Assembly: GCF_009914755.1 (NCBI RefSeq)
Contig: NC_060936.1
Source of the DNA: the human T2T-CHM13v2.0 reference genome, Homo sapiens
Reading direction: 5' to 3' (one strand)
DNA: 64,000 nucleotides
Part shown: piece by piece, positions 13,149-27,065 of the stretch
How the letters are laid out: each line of letters opens with the position of its first letter
Position numbering within the stretch: the first letter of the stretch is position 1
Notes under the pieces: model-generated
What the model was told of the DNA's origin: nothing
Seen by the model: only the letters and a program-made list of their open reading frames with translations
Databases searched by the model: none
Translations under genes and position numbers: made by a program

Positions 13149-13270
13149 CAGGGCCATTTACTCACTGAACACTAGAAGCACTGTGCCTTGGCCCTATGAA
13201 CTTTTCCAAGGCCTATGAAAATGCCTGAGAGCTGAAATTTAATCATTTCCAAATACAAAAAGAAAATTAT
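13149..13270 (+). mobile_element. probable hAT (Tip100-type) DNA transposon terminal fragment
   Basis: begins 'cagggcc...gcactgtgccttggccc...ggcctatgaaaatg'. Confidence 0.35.
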
Positions 13271-13339
13271 TACAATAATAATAACTAAAATTAACTTCAT
13301 GTCCAATGAAGTGGACATTTGGCCTCTCCTCTTACCATT

Positions 13340-13740
13340 TCATCTTCTACACTATCAATTATTATCTTTCTAAAACACGGATCTAATATGTACAATGTCT
13401 TATGTAAAATGTTCCAGTGGTTCCTCATTACTTACGGGATGAGGATTCCAGTTTTCAGGCGGGCATAAAAGGTCAGGTTTCATTTTTTAACTACACCCAG
13501 CACTCTAATTACTCCACCTTCTCACCCTTCTCCAAACACACTATATTCCGTTCTCTCCTGCATCTGTGCCTTTGAACGCGGTGCTTATTCCTGGATAGCC
13601 CTTGACCTCTTGGTTCCACCACTGAAAATCCTTTATCTTTCAAATCCCAGCTTCAGTGTTACTTCTGCTGTAAAATCTTTACTCTGAGGCCATGTTAATT
13701 ACTTTTCTGTGTTCCGTAGCACTGTGTACTCACTCCTAAA
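13340..13740 (+). mobile_element. L2 fragment
   Basis: 'atctttctaaaacac', 'ttccagtggttcctcatt', 'gtgcctttgaacgcgg'. Confidence 0.55.
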
Positions 13741-15286
13741 AGTAATTCTTAAATATGAATTCTTATATATGAATGAAACTTCATAAATAATGATGAAATA
13801 TTATTTCATAACTAGCGATTTCCATACCACTACCCCATGAAACCTATGAGTTCCTTTACTGTACAAACCATTACTTTGTCCATTTCTTTTCCTTTCTCCT
13901 TTTCATCTCTTCATCCTTTTCTACTTCCTTTCTCTTTCCTCTTTTTTAAAAATCTTCATCAGCCATTTTCTATTACTCCTATGTTAACTTCTGCCTTTGG
14001 AAGAGCACTCCTATCTGCATGCAAAGTCACAGATTCATAAAATTATAAATGTGCCAAATAACGAAAGAAAAAAATGGATAAGTCCTAGTTCCACAAATGG
14101 CAAGAAGTGACTTTTTTTCTCTGGGAATAAAGGCACTCAAATCTTCCACAAATTACCACCACCTGTGACAACCTTCGATCAACGAAAACAATATCTTGTT
14201 ACAATGGTAGTTAGCTTCTCAAATAATTTCCAAGTGCATTATGAGGAGATATATTGGGTTAAGATTTTTCCTTTCAAAATAATGAGTAATTAGCAATTAT
14301 TGTTTTCCATTAATTATTGGAGTAGAAATTTACATGCCTGAAGATGTTCAATCAAAAAAGTACAACCACGAATGAAAGATGTGTTAAAGGGGATATCATT
14401 GTTGAAATTGCAATAAAGTACCACTTAGGGGCCTTCCAAGTATGAGAATGTATCACTACATGAAGTAAACTACACAATAATGAAAGTAGCGAAGACAACG
14501 CAAATCCTGCATAAAATGAAACATAAAGTACATATCAGTCCATTGATACATGGAGCTACATTCCAGATCTCCAGATGTCCTGTTATAGTCTTTTTCTATT
14601 GCACCAAAATACCTGCATGCAATATTTTCCAATTACTTGAGAAAAAAAATGAAAGACTGAAAGCAAAGAAAATGTGAAGCAGAAGTGCGAACAGAAATCA
14701 AAGCTTTCCAGTTCAGCAGACCTAAAGAATTTGACTGCAGGACAAAGTGATCATTTACCCCAGTCAGGAGGAAAACTGTTGGGCTGAAAAAAATGAAAGA
14801 GATTGTGAAATCCTCTGATGATATTGATGACATTTCACCCTATCCAAAGATTAACTCAGTGAATGGCGTAACTAAAAGAATGTGACTTAAAGATGTGCCT
14901 TACAAATACTGAAACTCCATGTTTTTCAAAGAGATTAATCATAATAGCATGAGGATAAGGCATGATTCTGACTAACAGAAAGAAGCTAATCTGGGAGATC
15001 CTCTTGAGTAGATTAGCCATTCCATGCAAAACGTCACAGTGGCAATCAGAAAAGGCATCTCTGAAATGTACAATGAAGAAGGACGTTAAAAGAAAATTTA
15101 TTTACCCAGAGTCAGTGAATAATACAGTTTAGTCTTTATGTAAAAGGCTCAGTCAGAGCAAATGATGGGGTGTCCTTGAGGGGTTCCAGAAATTTGAACC
15201 AAGGATGAGAATCTGAGAATTTGTTGCTGCTTCATTCAATTTCTGTCACCTCAATGGCTACTCATTCTCTTTTCTACCCCCTACAG

Positions 15287-15378
15287 TCATGAACAATCTG
15301 GATTTCATGTCACAAGAGGAAACAGAGTCATCACTTCAAGTACTGCACCAATCAAGTCTGTTCTGGTAATAATGTGAG
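15287..15378 (+). ncRNA. candidate 92-nt internal exon of a spliced non-coding RNA
   Basis: strong acceptor 'ctcattctcttttctaccccctaCAG', donor GAG|GTAAAT, non-repeat sequence. Confidence 0.35.
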
Positions 15379-16049
15379 GTAAATGAGACATGTAATGGGA
15401 AGAAGTGGATAGATTCCCATGATACATAATAATTAGTAGGCATCACTTAAATAGAATTTATTCTATCAGCAAAGTTAGATGGTTCTTAATGTATGTCAAT
15501 AAAGGTGGGAGTGAGGGCAGACAAAGGCCAAGGAAGAGGAAGATCACAACATGAAAAAGAAAAATGCCTAATAATAATGAAAATATTAATAGCATATTAT
15601 ATTAAAATTCAAAGGAACAAATATTTTAGTTGTATTATCTATGTGAAGAATATGAAGGCTATTTGAGCAAACAGATATGAAGGATGTTAAAAATGTATAT
15701 TTTTCTGCATTGGACTACAAGCAGTTTCCAAATTGAAACTGGATAATGTTCCCAAAGTAATGTGAAAGACACTTATTTGGAATTCAGAATATATGTTCCC
15801 ATAGAAACATTGTTGAAAATGTCAACTAGGTTCCTAGGTTACCTGTGAATTCTATTTAAACCACATATGTAGCTAAAATACTATTAATTTGTATTTCAAA
15901 TCAGTAGAAAATAAAACTATTGCATTGGAAGAAGAATAGCTATTGGAAGATGAGATAACTGAAGAAATAATTGTATGGAATGCCTGATAAAGGGCATCTA
16001 GGAAATATCAAGAGGGTTAGATGTGGATGGTACAAATCTTTAGGTGCAT

Positions 16050-16590
16050 TTGCAGTTCTTTCTTCTCTAGCTGTGTGCTCTCCCTTAGTGATTCAATTGA
16101 GTGCATAGCTTTAAATATCACCGGTTTGCTGAAATTTCCCAAATTTATAACTCCAGCTCAGACTTCTTTACTGAAAGCCAGTGGAGTTATATGCTTTCTC
16201 CAAGTCTTTTGTTCTGCTGTTCCCATTGCCTACAATGCTTGTCTCTGCGTCCCCACACAGTAAACTTCACTGGGTTCACTGGAGTCTCACTCCATTGGGT
16301 CTTTTCTGAAATGTCCCCTCCCTAGGCCTGCAATGGCCATCATACCTTTCTTAAGAATCCCAACTTCCACTGCAACCCTTTGCATGCCCCATCCCTCTTT
16401 TATTTTTCTTCTATCATTATCACCATCTAATAGACTAAACATTACTTGTTTTCTGTCTTCCCCATTCTAGAATGTGAGCTCCCTAAGGGCAGTGGCATTT
16501 GTCCCCAGCACCTAGAACAAGGCCAGGCATATAGTAGGCACTCAAATATTTGTTAAATAAATTGACTGAATACATGAATTAAATACCTGA
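16050..16590 (+). mobile_element. L2 LINE 3' region
   Basis: 'ctagaatgtgagctcc...ccccagcacctagaacaaggccaggcatatagtaggcactcaaatatttgtt'. Confidence 0.8.
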
Positions 16591-18141
16591 ATGAGTAAAT
16601 AGATGACCTTCTTTTTTAATTTCATGAGTGTTCTGTTGGCATGGCTTTTACTTACCCTTATCATCTATTACAGAGATACATTTTTTCAGACGGCAAATAG
16701 AAAATAAAAGGGCCGTAACATCATATATCAACTCTCTATCTCCAGTCTTGCCACTCCCCAATTAATTTTCCACCCAGCAATCACAATAATTTCTAAAACT
16801 CAGACCTGCTGAAACCGTATCTATGAAATTTCATGGCTTTGAAGACAAAGTTTATCATTTTTAACCTGGCTTTCAAAACCACTCATGGTCTACCTCCTTC
16901 ATATCTTTCCAGCTCCATTGTGAGTTAATTATGTCTCCAATAGGGTAGAAAATGAGGCAGTAAAGAGGTTTAGAATCAAAGATGACTCCTATAGTGTCAA
17001 CGGCAGTGGATGCTGGATCAGGGTAGTTTGGTGGCTGTTGTGAATATTTAGTGAGCTGGCCACCTGCCATTCATACATAGGAGGCAATCCCTAAATCCTT
17101 GTTCATTACTCAGAGTCCCTATACTTTTTAAGCTTAAAGTCAGTGAGTTAATCTATTCTTTCTTTTCTTGAATTAAATGTTATACAAAATCCTAGTATTA
17201 AAAAACATATTTTAAGTGAAGCTGTTCTATTTAAGGTAATGGGGGTTAGGGAGGGTAGGAATCAAGCCCTGATCATTCATTTTCCATATGCTGTAGCCTG
17301 GTCCCTGAGGCCCCTTTGAGTGACCCCTGCTAGTGAGGCTCCAAGCCCTAAGAATATCAAGCAGAATATCAAGTATGCACTGACACATAAGAAGAAAGCC
17401 TTTCAAAACAACCATATCTACTGGTTATTTATAAAAATTGCCCAGGTAACTGAACTGCATTTGCTTCTCTCTTCCCTACTGCTTAGTGTGTAACAAATAG
17501 CAACATCTTTAAATGGCAGGAAACAACAAGACAAGAAATATGTCAGCATCTGTATTGCTCAGGAGATGGAACATTATGCAGGTTTGTGCAGAATGATTGG
17601 CTCTCAAGGGAGTAATTAGTATTTGGCGCACTTCTTACTGGCGCTACCTCAGCTTCCCTGCCAGAGGATTCTGAGAAAAGGTTTGTTGTTTCAGTTTCAA
17701 AATTGCATTTTAGATTGACTCTTTGAATAGAGTGCATGTAGGGACAAATGGCACAAATGTTTAGCAAGCGGTGTTTGTATTCACATTCTGTCTCTGAGCC
17801 TCAGGTCCATGACAAGCTTATTTTTTAGAAGTCTAATAAAAAATTGATATTAAGAAATTTAAAGAAGAGTTTTCAGCAGCCAGAAAACATAGCTTTTATT
17901 TTCAGATATGAAGATGACAGAGCTTCAAAGGAGGTTGTGGGGGTTTTCTTTGTCAAGCCATTTGCAGATGGCCAAGTTTATTTTTAAATTGAGAAATAAG
18001 ACCCTATCCAATTTTGAAGACCAAATTTGTGCCAAACAAAATCAACCTGAAGTATTGGTCCACTTTGAAGAAGAGCTATGGCCAATGAAAACGTAATGAT
18101 GTCTCTGATTTGCAATGAAGTGCATATACAAATTGATGAAT

Positions 18142-18144
18142 TTC

Positions 18145-18210
<66 letters not shown>
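18142..18210. repeat. (TC)n(TA)n compound microsatellite at Alu tail
   Basis: direct read. Confidence 0.95.
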
Positions 18211-18211
18211 G

Positions 18212-18534
<323 letters not shown>

Positions 18535-18829
18535 TACTCTATTTTTTAACACTCTCACAGTGCCCTCGAGGCCTTTCCTTCACTTCCTTGCAACATCAGC
18601 CAGCTCCCCAGAGGACATGGGGAGCCAAGGAAGCCTATTAGAACCAACTGGTTAGGCATTCCTGTCCACAGCCTATCATGACTTTGGAAGAGCCAAGAGA
18701 AAGAAACAGAATTATTTTGGGGATACTATTGTGTTTAGCTTATTTCAAGACTGAACTAATTGCAATAATAGCTTTGAATAGCCTTTCAATGAATCTGAAA
18801 CTACTAATGGATAAATGACTATTTGTAAC

Positions 18830-19712
18830 TATACCACATACACCCTTTCTCTCCCTCCACCCACACATATATGTACCCAGCTATAATGTGTACATGCCAG
18901 CACACACACACACACACATCACATGCATGACATATGCACACCAAATACAATATATCACACATATTCACACTAACACGCCAATAAAAGACCCCCCCAAACA
19001 CACACATGCTTTATGAAAACACACATACACATACACAAAGCACACAATACATAGCCCACACACATGCACATTCCACAGGCATACACACACTACTACATAC
19101 CAATACATACACTGCATGCCATACAAATATATACATATACACATCATGCATACACCATATACACCATGCACGTGCATATACAACATAAACACATAACGCA
19201 AACACATACCACAGACTATACACACCACATGAATTTATCACAAACTCATATACACATCACCCCAAATGCAAATATACACACATATATCACAAATACACAG
19301 ACATATGCATATGCAACACATATAGACATAGCCCCACACTACATGCAAATATACCACATACACACATGTACACATAACACATACAAATTCACTACATACA
19401 CATATGAACCACATACAAACACACCCCCATGCCCAAATGCACAACACAGAACACACAAACTCCAAATACAAATGCATAGACATACATATCACAAACATGC
19501 ACACACTGTGTGCAAATACACACCACACATACACAGCCACCATGTATCTATCTGTCCCCTATACAAATACACAAATGCCACACACATATACACACACTCC
19601 AAAACACACATATGCACAAACACAATACACATATACACACCCCCAAACCACTTACAAATACACACATACACATGTCACATCACACATAACACATATATAC
19701 AAATCACAAGCA
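18830..19712. repeat. about 880-bp degenerate CA/CATA-rich low-complexity tract
   Basis: continuous ACAC/ATAC/ACAT motifs; yields spurious His/Thr- and Cys/Val-rich ORFs. Confidence 0.9.
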
Positions 19713-20145
19713 AATTCATCTTCATTTTCTAACAGAGATTCTGAAAGAACCTAGGAGAGGAAACCTACTGAAGAGAATTGAGACTTTGGGGTACAGTGTG
19801 TAAGCTGGATTCAGCTTGAATTTCAGCAATCCAAGTTCAGGAACCATGTTAATCGACTGCCTACAGATCATCTCTGGTTTTTTTACTCATGTATGTTGTG
19901 GTTCAGAAATTGGATTTTTGCCATTTCTGGACTCACACTTTTTGCTTCATCAGTTCATATGTTGACATAATGCAACAGAAGAGAAAGTTTGGAAAAGGGG
20001 TTTACTCTTTGGAAGACATTTTTATTTTTTCTATAAAAACTAGACCTTAAATTTTTTTAAATACTCTTAACCTCAAAACATTGTTCAATTTTCAATAAAT
20101 TAATTCATTCTTTACAAATCCATATTATTCCTCTAACTTTCACAG

Positions 20146-20314
20146 GCATGCCTCAAGACCTCGATACATGAAAGCAATTACTGCAGATGCCTGGCTGTTG
20201 GCACTGTTCAGCTTTAATGTAGCAGTACAGAAAGTTATGCCTTCCACCTGTGATGACTGATCCTAGAACCTGCAGACAATGAGTCTAAGCTGAATACAAA
20301 CAATAATTATCCAA
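20146..20314 (+). ncRNA. candidate non-coding exon (3' end uncertain, may be terminal)
   Basis: acceptor 'tattattcctctaactttcaCAG|G'; only a weak donor CAA|GTAAAG at 20314. Confidence 0.25.
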
Positions 20315-20477
20315 GTAAAGAGCCCTTGTTCAATTCAATGGCGGTTCAATTCAACAGCGGCTCTTAATGAAACACTAATCTCTTCCCATTGATCACAGAA
20401 GAGTTATTTTAATTTCTGTATCTTTGACATTCTGCTTTTGGGTGCAGGAAAATCCTTGCCCGAAATATATGCTATAG

Positions 20478-20732
20478 GGAGGTAGTGTGGAGTGAGGTTC
20501 AGGGAGAGGGTTCTGGAGTCAGCTTGCCAGGGAGAAGCCAAGTCCAACTCTCGCGTTGAGTTGCTTACTAACTGGACATCCTCAGGCAAGTCACTTAAAC
20601 CCACAACAGCCACTGTTGTTCACTAGTCGGCTTGAAGTATAGCTAGTACCTAGATCATAGGATTGTAGTGAGAATTAAGTTAGACAAAATGCTGAGAACA
20701 GTGGCTAGCAAAAAGTAAGCCCTCAATAAGTT
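20478..20732 (+). mobile_element. MIR SINE
   Basis: 'ggttctggagtcag...ggcaagtcacttaa...tcataggattgtagtgagaattaa...aagccctcaataa'. Confidence 0.8.
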
Positions 20733-20799
20733 GCAGGTGCAATTAATAGGAAAGAAGATTATAAGATTTGGTGCTTTTCTTGTCAGCATGAAAATTGAG

Positions 20800-21010
20800 G
20801 TGTTCACATTTATTAGGCATCTTCTCAAGGCTAAGCTTTGACTTCAACAATCCTGTGATATTAGATATGATTACCTCTATTTTTCAAATAAGGAAATCGA
20901 TGATTAAAGAAGTTACAGTAACCTTCCCAATATCACACAGTGAGTGGCAAACTTGAAATTTGAAACAAAGGTGGAGTAATCCCAAAGTCTTCTTTCTTTC
21001 TACCCCACAA
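20800..21010 (-). mobile_element. MIR SINE
   Basis: 'caacaatcctgtga...tatttttcaaataaggaaatcga...taaccttcccaatatcacacag'. Confidence 0.65.
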
Positions 21011-22146
21011 CTTCATTATGCATGTTTCAAAGACCTTTCCTAGCTACCCTATAAAACTGTAATCCTACCTCCTAAAGGTCAAGCTAATAGTATCTGTCCA
21101 TTTCTAGCCAAATGGATTCAGTCTAGTGTGGAAACATACTATATCAGAATAATATGGGAAAGGGATCCAAAGCCATCTTGATTATAGAATGTAACTTTCA
21201 CCATGGAGGAGGGAGGAACTTACAGATAGTTTAGGTTTTATAGTTACCCCATAGAAATACATCTTCCCAAGATTATTCTGAAATGTGGAAGTGATTCAAC
21301 GAAAAATGAAGACTTTTTTTGGTGGCATGTACAGGGAGAAAGACAAAGAAAAATGCACACTAAGAGAGAAATGAAAGAAGGAAGAGCAGAGAGAGAGAAA
21401 GAGAGAAAGAATTCATTTCATCCCAAAAGAATTGCAGAGGAATCACAAGACCCTATACATCAATATGGTGTATCCAAGGACGTTGAGAAGGAAAGTGATG
21501 GGTTCAGGACGCCAGGGTGTGGAAAAGGCCAGCTAGCCTGATAACACAGTACCAAAAGTCCTTTCTTCTTCCTATATTCTGTATCCAGCCCAGCGTTTAA
21601 AAGCCTCAAAAAATCAGCCCTCTTAGAAGAAAAACTGAGAAGCCACTCTAGATGTCCTAGAAGAAAGATAAATAAAAGTGCTGTCAGAGGTCATGATGGG
21701 ACCTCATCTCCTTCTCCTCTGTCTAGTATAAAGGGTCCCACTTCTTCCATGGCTGCAGAATTGCAAGTCTGGTAAAAGCCTCCAGGATGGAGTGAAAGGA
21801 AAGGTGAGAAGAAGATGGTTAGAAAGTCTAGAAGGTGAGTGAGCTGGGATAACTGGGCCATATTTCCTAGGATTCACTACCTTAATCAGTGAAATTCTGG
21901 GATTAGAGTGCCTTCCCTCACTCTGCAGATTATCTGAACTTTAATGTTTTCACATCTTAGAAGATGACTTGGTTTCCGTTACAAAGTATCCAGTGTTTTT
22001 TATATATCCATCTCCCACATTCTCAAGTACATAAGGTGAGATTGTGGTGATAGTTCCATGTTTATGCATTTGGAAGAGAACCACAGCTTTTTCAGGAGCC
22101 AAGAAACAATACCATAGAAGAAGCGCTATTTACAAATAATTAAAAT

Positions 22147-22159
22147 GCACACATGCATG

Positions 22160-22233
<74 letters not shown>
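22147..22233. repeat. (CA)n(GA)n compound microsatellite
   Basis: direct read. Confidence 0.95.
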
Positions 22234-22235
<2 letters not shown>

Positions 22236-23619
22236 AGATGCAGAGAACAGACTCAGCCCTCTTAGAAGCATGTCAATGGAGGCATGTCAACACTCAATGA
22301 ACAGGACGGCCAAAAGCCAGGAAGGTGAACTCACCTTTGGAACTGATAAGAGTCATTGTTTAGCTTTCCATTGTTCTTTGTTTTGATCTAAGGCTGCCTC
22401 TCCTATCACTTTCCCCTTGTCACAGTCTCTCATTGTCAGCACTGAGACTGAAGAAAATTGTTCCTTCCATGTAAGAGCAATACACTCCCCTCCTTTTGTC
22501 TTTTTCAGGAAATTAGTAGCTCATGTTCCACTAACTGGAGTGTTTTGCCTTATCTCATTCTTATAAGTGAAGTGGGAATTTCAATGCCATAACTTAGAAT
22601 TATTCTGTCCAATTCACCCTAAATGGATCCTGTTCTCATTGCAACATTTATCTCTAGGCCTCACTAAAGATAATATTCAGGCTTACGTACAGGCACACAA
22701 TTGTCCTCTCTTTGGCAATGAGGTCTTTAGAAATGTGATGAAATGTGACAGGTTTTTGAATTAGGCTCTAGAAACTGTTTCTTTTATGACTAAATGGATT
22801 TCTTGCCATTTTAGAAGCCAGTCTCTACACTGTTTTAAAATTTACTTTAAAGAAGGACCTGGGAAACTCTGGGATTTCTAAATAGACAATACTTGCTCAT
22901 TGTTCCAGAACCATCTTACAGGCGTTCATTACTTTTTCTGATATTTATTTGAAACTTGAGGCTTAAAAATAACATCTAGTCGTCAGATGGAAGCTTCAAT
23001 GTACTCTTTCATTATGTAAGTACTAAGGATGATACAAACAAAAAAAAATGCAGGCTAAGGTCATGGCTTTTTACAGTGTACAATTGAGGTTCAAGAGAAA
23101 ATTTATAGCACTAAACCTGGGTGACATTCTTCCATGATGCACTAGTCCACCCAATTGAATTTTTCATGACTGGCATCCGTTTTGATTGGTTGGAATATGT
23201 GCTATGTTAATGGTTAAGTATTTTACCATCTAGCTCAATTCTTTATTTCAAAAATACATCAAGCCTCAAAGAAGTTCAATGATTTTTCCCGGAGTCATAC
23301 AGATATTAGATAGCCAAGAGTGGGTCTGGTCATTTGAATTCTACTTCAATATCCTTTTCACTAACATATAATCATCCAATTATGTGCAACCATGACCTAT
23401 GTTCTATTAAGACCCCACTGTTACGATAACAAAAGAAGGGCCTTATAAATCAATATCATAGCTTAATTATTTTATAGCATTTAACATACCGTAAAAACAC
23501 ATAGACTGTTATAGCTTATAATAAACACAAATATCTTTTCTCTGACCATAGCATAATAGAAACTAAGCTCAGAAGGATTTATCTAGGAACAAAAGAAGGA
23601 AATTGAAATGTACTAGTTT

Positions 23620-23790
23620 CTCTGGATTTAGTCCTGATTGTCACTGATAATTCTGTGACTTTGTGCATGTCCTTAGTTTTCACATAGGAAACTGGGCAAG
23701 TCTAAAAGATAGGTGCTTCAGTGAGATTCTCAGGTGAGTGGTTGAATTAGGTGACAATTAAGATCCATTTCAACACTGAGATTATATTAT
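23620..23790 (+). mobile_element. MIR3-like fragment
   Basis: 'ctgtgactttgtgcatgtc...aagatccatttcaacactgagatt'. Confidence 0.5.
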
Positions 23791-23943
23791 TCCCTGATCT
23801 GTATACCAGGAAATTAATTTAAAAGACCCTCCTCACTGACCCTATCAAGGAGCCCTACTTCCAGCACAGATGATCACAGTGAATTCCACCCACAAAGCAG
23901 CTCTGATACGGAGAAAACCAACTCACAATTTCTAACAAGCCAT

Positions 23944-24400
23944 TGTAGCAAAGACTGTTTGCCTTCCACCAATATTTATGTGCTCCTTCTTTTTACTATT
24001 AATAATATAATTCCCCACCCAAATTTTCACTAGGTTCAAAGCTTTCCAACTTTAGATGGCAATTCCTAGGCTCTCTTGCAACTGGGTGTGGTTTTGTGAC
24101 TAAGTTCTGACTAACAACCTGTGAGCCAGAAATGATGTGTTAAGGGTTCTTGTAGATTTTGCCCTTAACTAGAAGAGATGTGCCCTTCACTTCCTCTTTT
24201 CCCCTTCTCACCAGCTAGAGAAGAGTTGCTATAGCCAATTTGGACACAGAGATGGAAGCTGTGTGTTAAATATAACAGAGTTAATATAACAGCCCTGCAT
24301 TGTCTATTCTGGACAGACACATGAGGGAGAAACTTATTTTGTTTAAGCCACTGCACCATGAGTCTCTATTTTAACAGCTTAGATGTTTTGCCCAATGGCA
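23944..24400 (+). mobile_element. MLT1 (J-like) MaLR solo LTR
   Basis: 'tgtagc...ctctcttgcaactgggtgtgg...gtgactaagttctg...ttgtttaagccactg'. Confidence 0.7.
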
Positions 24401-24987
24401 CAGTTATAGTGAGTTCTGCCATGGAATACAAATGAGGACTCCAAGAAGAATGCATCAGTCTTAGATTCTATTCAGTATTACCTGCCTACAGCATTCCAGT
24501 TCCACTTACACAGAAATACTTTTAATCATAAACTAAGACATCTCAAGCTTCAGAATTTATAGGAAGATTTGCTGATTCCTAGGGCCAATGACAGTTTTAA
24601 CCCAATATATGCTTTAAAATAATTAATGGTAGAATGAGTCTTTACAGTTAACATATTGTAGTCAAATATTACTTTTCAAAAATTCCAATGTCAATAAATA
24701 GTCCTTCACTACAGAAACACAGTGCTTTAAATAAAAACAGTAGGGTCACCAGAAACAAAGTTGTCAGTGTTGGGTTGCTATAGCTACCAGGTTATCTTTA
24801 TAAAAGTGTGTCTTCAAATGGAAGAGATTTGTGAATCCTGAAATCCCAGGAATGTGAGGACCAGAATCTGCTAAGTTTTCTGCCAGCATACTACCAGAAT
24901 TATCCACAAAAGTTTCACTTACTGGTCAGTTCACTGCCACGTCTCTCCTTCAATGCTGGGCCAATTTAGAAATCATTATGTCAGTAT

Positions 24988-25384
24988 TGTTAAATCAAGT
25001 TTTGTCTAAAGCTGCCTCCTTACATATTTTAAGTTTGCCCTAAAGTTTTTTCTGTATATCATAAACTATAACCTATGGAGTTCTATACAGACTCTAGTAT
25101 ACTCTTGTACCAATAACCGAGTTTTGGCCAATCAAAAGTGGCCAGCTGTCCAAACTGTGTTCAAATGAGACAAACATCGAGCTGTAACCAATCTGGATGT
25201 TTCTGTATCTCACTTCCATTTTCTGTATGTCACTTTCCTTTTTCTGTCCATAAATCTTCTTCCACCACGTGGCTGCACCGGAGTCTCTGAGCCCACTCTG
25301 GCTCGGGAGGCTGCCTGATTTGCAAATCATTCTTTGCCCAATTAAACTATTTTAAATTTAATTTGGCTAAAGTTTTTTTTAACA
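24988..25384 (+). mobile_element. ERV1 solo LTR, MER57-like
   Basis: TG...CA ends ('tgttaaa'...'tttaaca'), 4-bp TSD 'gtat', 'aaagctgcctccttacatattttaag', CCAAT boxes. Confidence 0.85.
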
Positions 25385-25461
25385 GTATGTAAGCCAAGAC
25401 CTGATATTCTAAAACACCTGCTTAACAATAAAGAACGAGCCGAATTTGTGCGGTATATTTC

Positions 25462-25820
25462 TATACCTTGGAACACTACTCAACAATAAAAAAGAATGAA
25501 ATAATGGCATCTGCAGCAACCTGGTTGGAACTGGAGACTATTATTCTAAGTGAAGTAACTCAGAAATGGAAAACCAAACATCAGATGTTCTCACTCATAA
25601 GTGGGAGCTAAGCTACCAGGATGCAAAGGCATAAGAATGATACAATGGACTTTGGGGACTGAGAAGAAAAGGTGGGAGGGGGGTGAGGGATAAAAGGCTA
25701 CAAATTGAGTACAGTGTATACTGCTCAGGTGATGGGTGCACCAAAATCTCAGAAATCACCACTAAATAACTCATTTGTAAGAAACCAAACACCACTTGTT
25801 CCCCATAAACCTATTGAAAT
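25462..25820 (+). mobile_element. L1PB-like 3' end
   Basis: 'gcaaaggcataagaatgatacaatggactttgggg...gatgggtgcaccaaaatctcagaaatcaccactaaa'. Confidence 0.85.
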
Positions 25821-25872
25821 TTTTTTAAACTTTTTTTTTAAAAAGAATGAGCCACAATTTGGTAATGATAAT

Positions 25873-26113
25873 TGTGGCAGATGCTGAAGACTGGTTCATT
25901 TAACAACCATTTCAATCTCCTAGCATGCCCTCCTGCTGTGAGATACAGGCTGGAAAGTTAAATCTCACATTCTCCAGAATGTTCTGCAGGAAACCTAGGT
26001 TCTTCTAAGGCCACTCACATTCTGCAAGCTACCTGATACCTTATATTCAATCTCTTTCTGTTTACATTGGCTGACCTAGATTCTATCCCTGCAACTAGGA
26101 ATCCTGACTGACA
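25873..26113 (+). mobile_element. old ERVL-class LTR fragment (LTR33/LTR16-like)
   Basis: 'tgtggcagatgctg...ctgcaactaggaatcctgactgaca'. Confidence 0.45.
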
Positions 26114-26539
26114 GAGTCATATTTTAATTCTCTGCTTCTTTAAGGATTGAAGGCATGAGGAGGCTCATAAAACAATTTTTATGGCTGTCTTCTTATCATT
26201 GGCACTTTTAACATTATTTTGTTTAGAGAAAGAGAAGTAAGCACCACACAGAAGACTAGGTCTTGGGAGCTGTGAGTGCTAATCAGAAGTGCTAAATAGC
26301 TACCTTCTTATTCCAGACTGACTCACTAGCCATCTGCACAGACACAGTCATTTTTACACTGGTCTCCATGTGGCAGCCAATACTGGGTGACTACACAGGG
26401 CAATGGAGTTCTTGGATGGGGATACATTTGATAATTTACTATACTTTTTTAGAAGGTAAAGGAGTCAGCAACAGGAGACACAGCCATTAGAAACCCTGTC
26501 AATAGACAGATTGTTAGGCCTGCTTCATGTAGGTTTTTC

Positions 26540-26730
26540 ATTCTCAAAGTGTTATCCCCAACCAGAAGCATCAGCATCACCAAGAAATTTCTTAGAAAGA
26601 CAAATTGTCACAGACTTACACACTCCCCAGGCTTACTGAATCTGAAACTCTGAGGGTTGAGCCAAAGAATCTGTGTTTTAGCAAAGCATCCAGGTGACTC
26701 TGATGCAGGCTCAAGTGTGAGGACCACTGG
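26540..26730 (+). mobile_element. MER5A
   Basis: 'ttctcaaagtg...gcatcagcatcacc...tactgaatctgaaactctg...ccaggtgactctgatgca...gaccactg'. Confidence 0.85.
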
Positions 26731-26894
26731 TGTATGTCATCCAGGCCTATTTGAGGTTAAATGATATTTAAGAAAGGTAGTAGCAGGGCAGGAAAGTGAA
26801 AAGGCAGTTGAATAAACAAGACTTTGATTTAAAAGGAAGCCCACTTTAGAAACAGACTATAATTTAATCCTTTTCACATATAAAATGGAAAACG

Positions 26895-27065
26895 CTTTAG
26901 TTGAAAGAGCATTGTGCTGGGAATCTAAATGATTGGATTTGAATTTTGGAATTGTACTAATAAGCAACTTTGAATGAATCACTTAAACTTTCTGGGCTTC
27001 TGTTTTCTCCTTTGTAAAATAAAGGAGATGAAATGTTCTCCAACACTCACAAATGCTATTTTCTA
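26895..27065 (+). mobile_element. MIR3-like fragment
   Basis: 'gttgaaagagcattg...aatcacttaaactttctgggcttctgttttctcctttgtaaaat'. Confidence 0.6.

Noticed and set aside
19064-19732. 222-aa His/Thr-rich ORF and overlapping Cys/Val-rich antisense ORFs
   Set aside because: Artefact of the CA-rich low-complexity tract, which lacks stop codons by composition
20478-21010. Inverted MIR pair as a dsRNA structure
   Set aside because: Copies look too diverged to pair extensively
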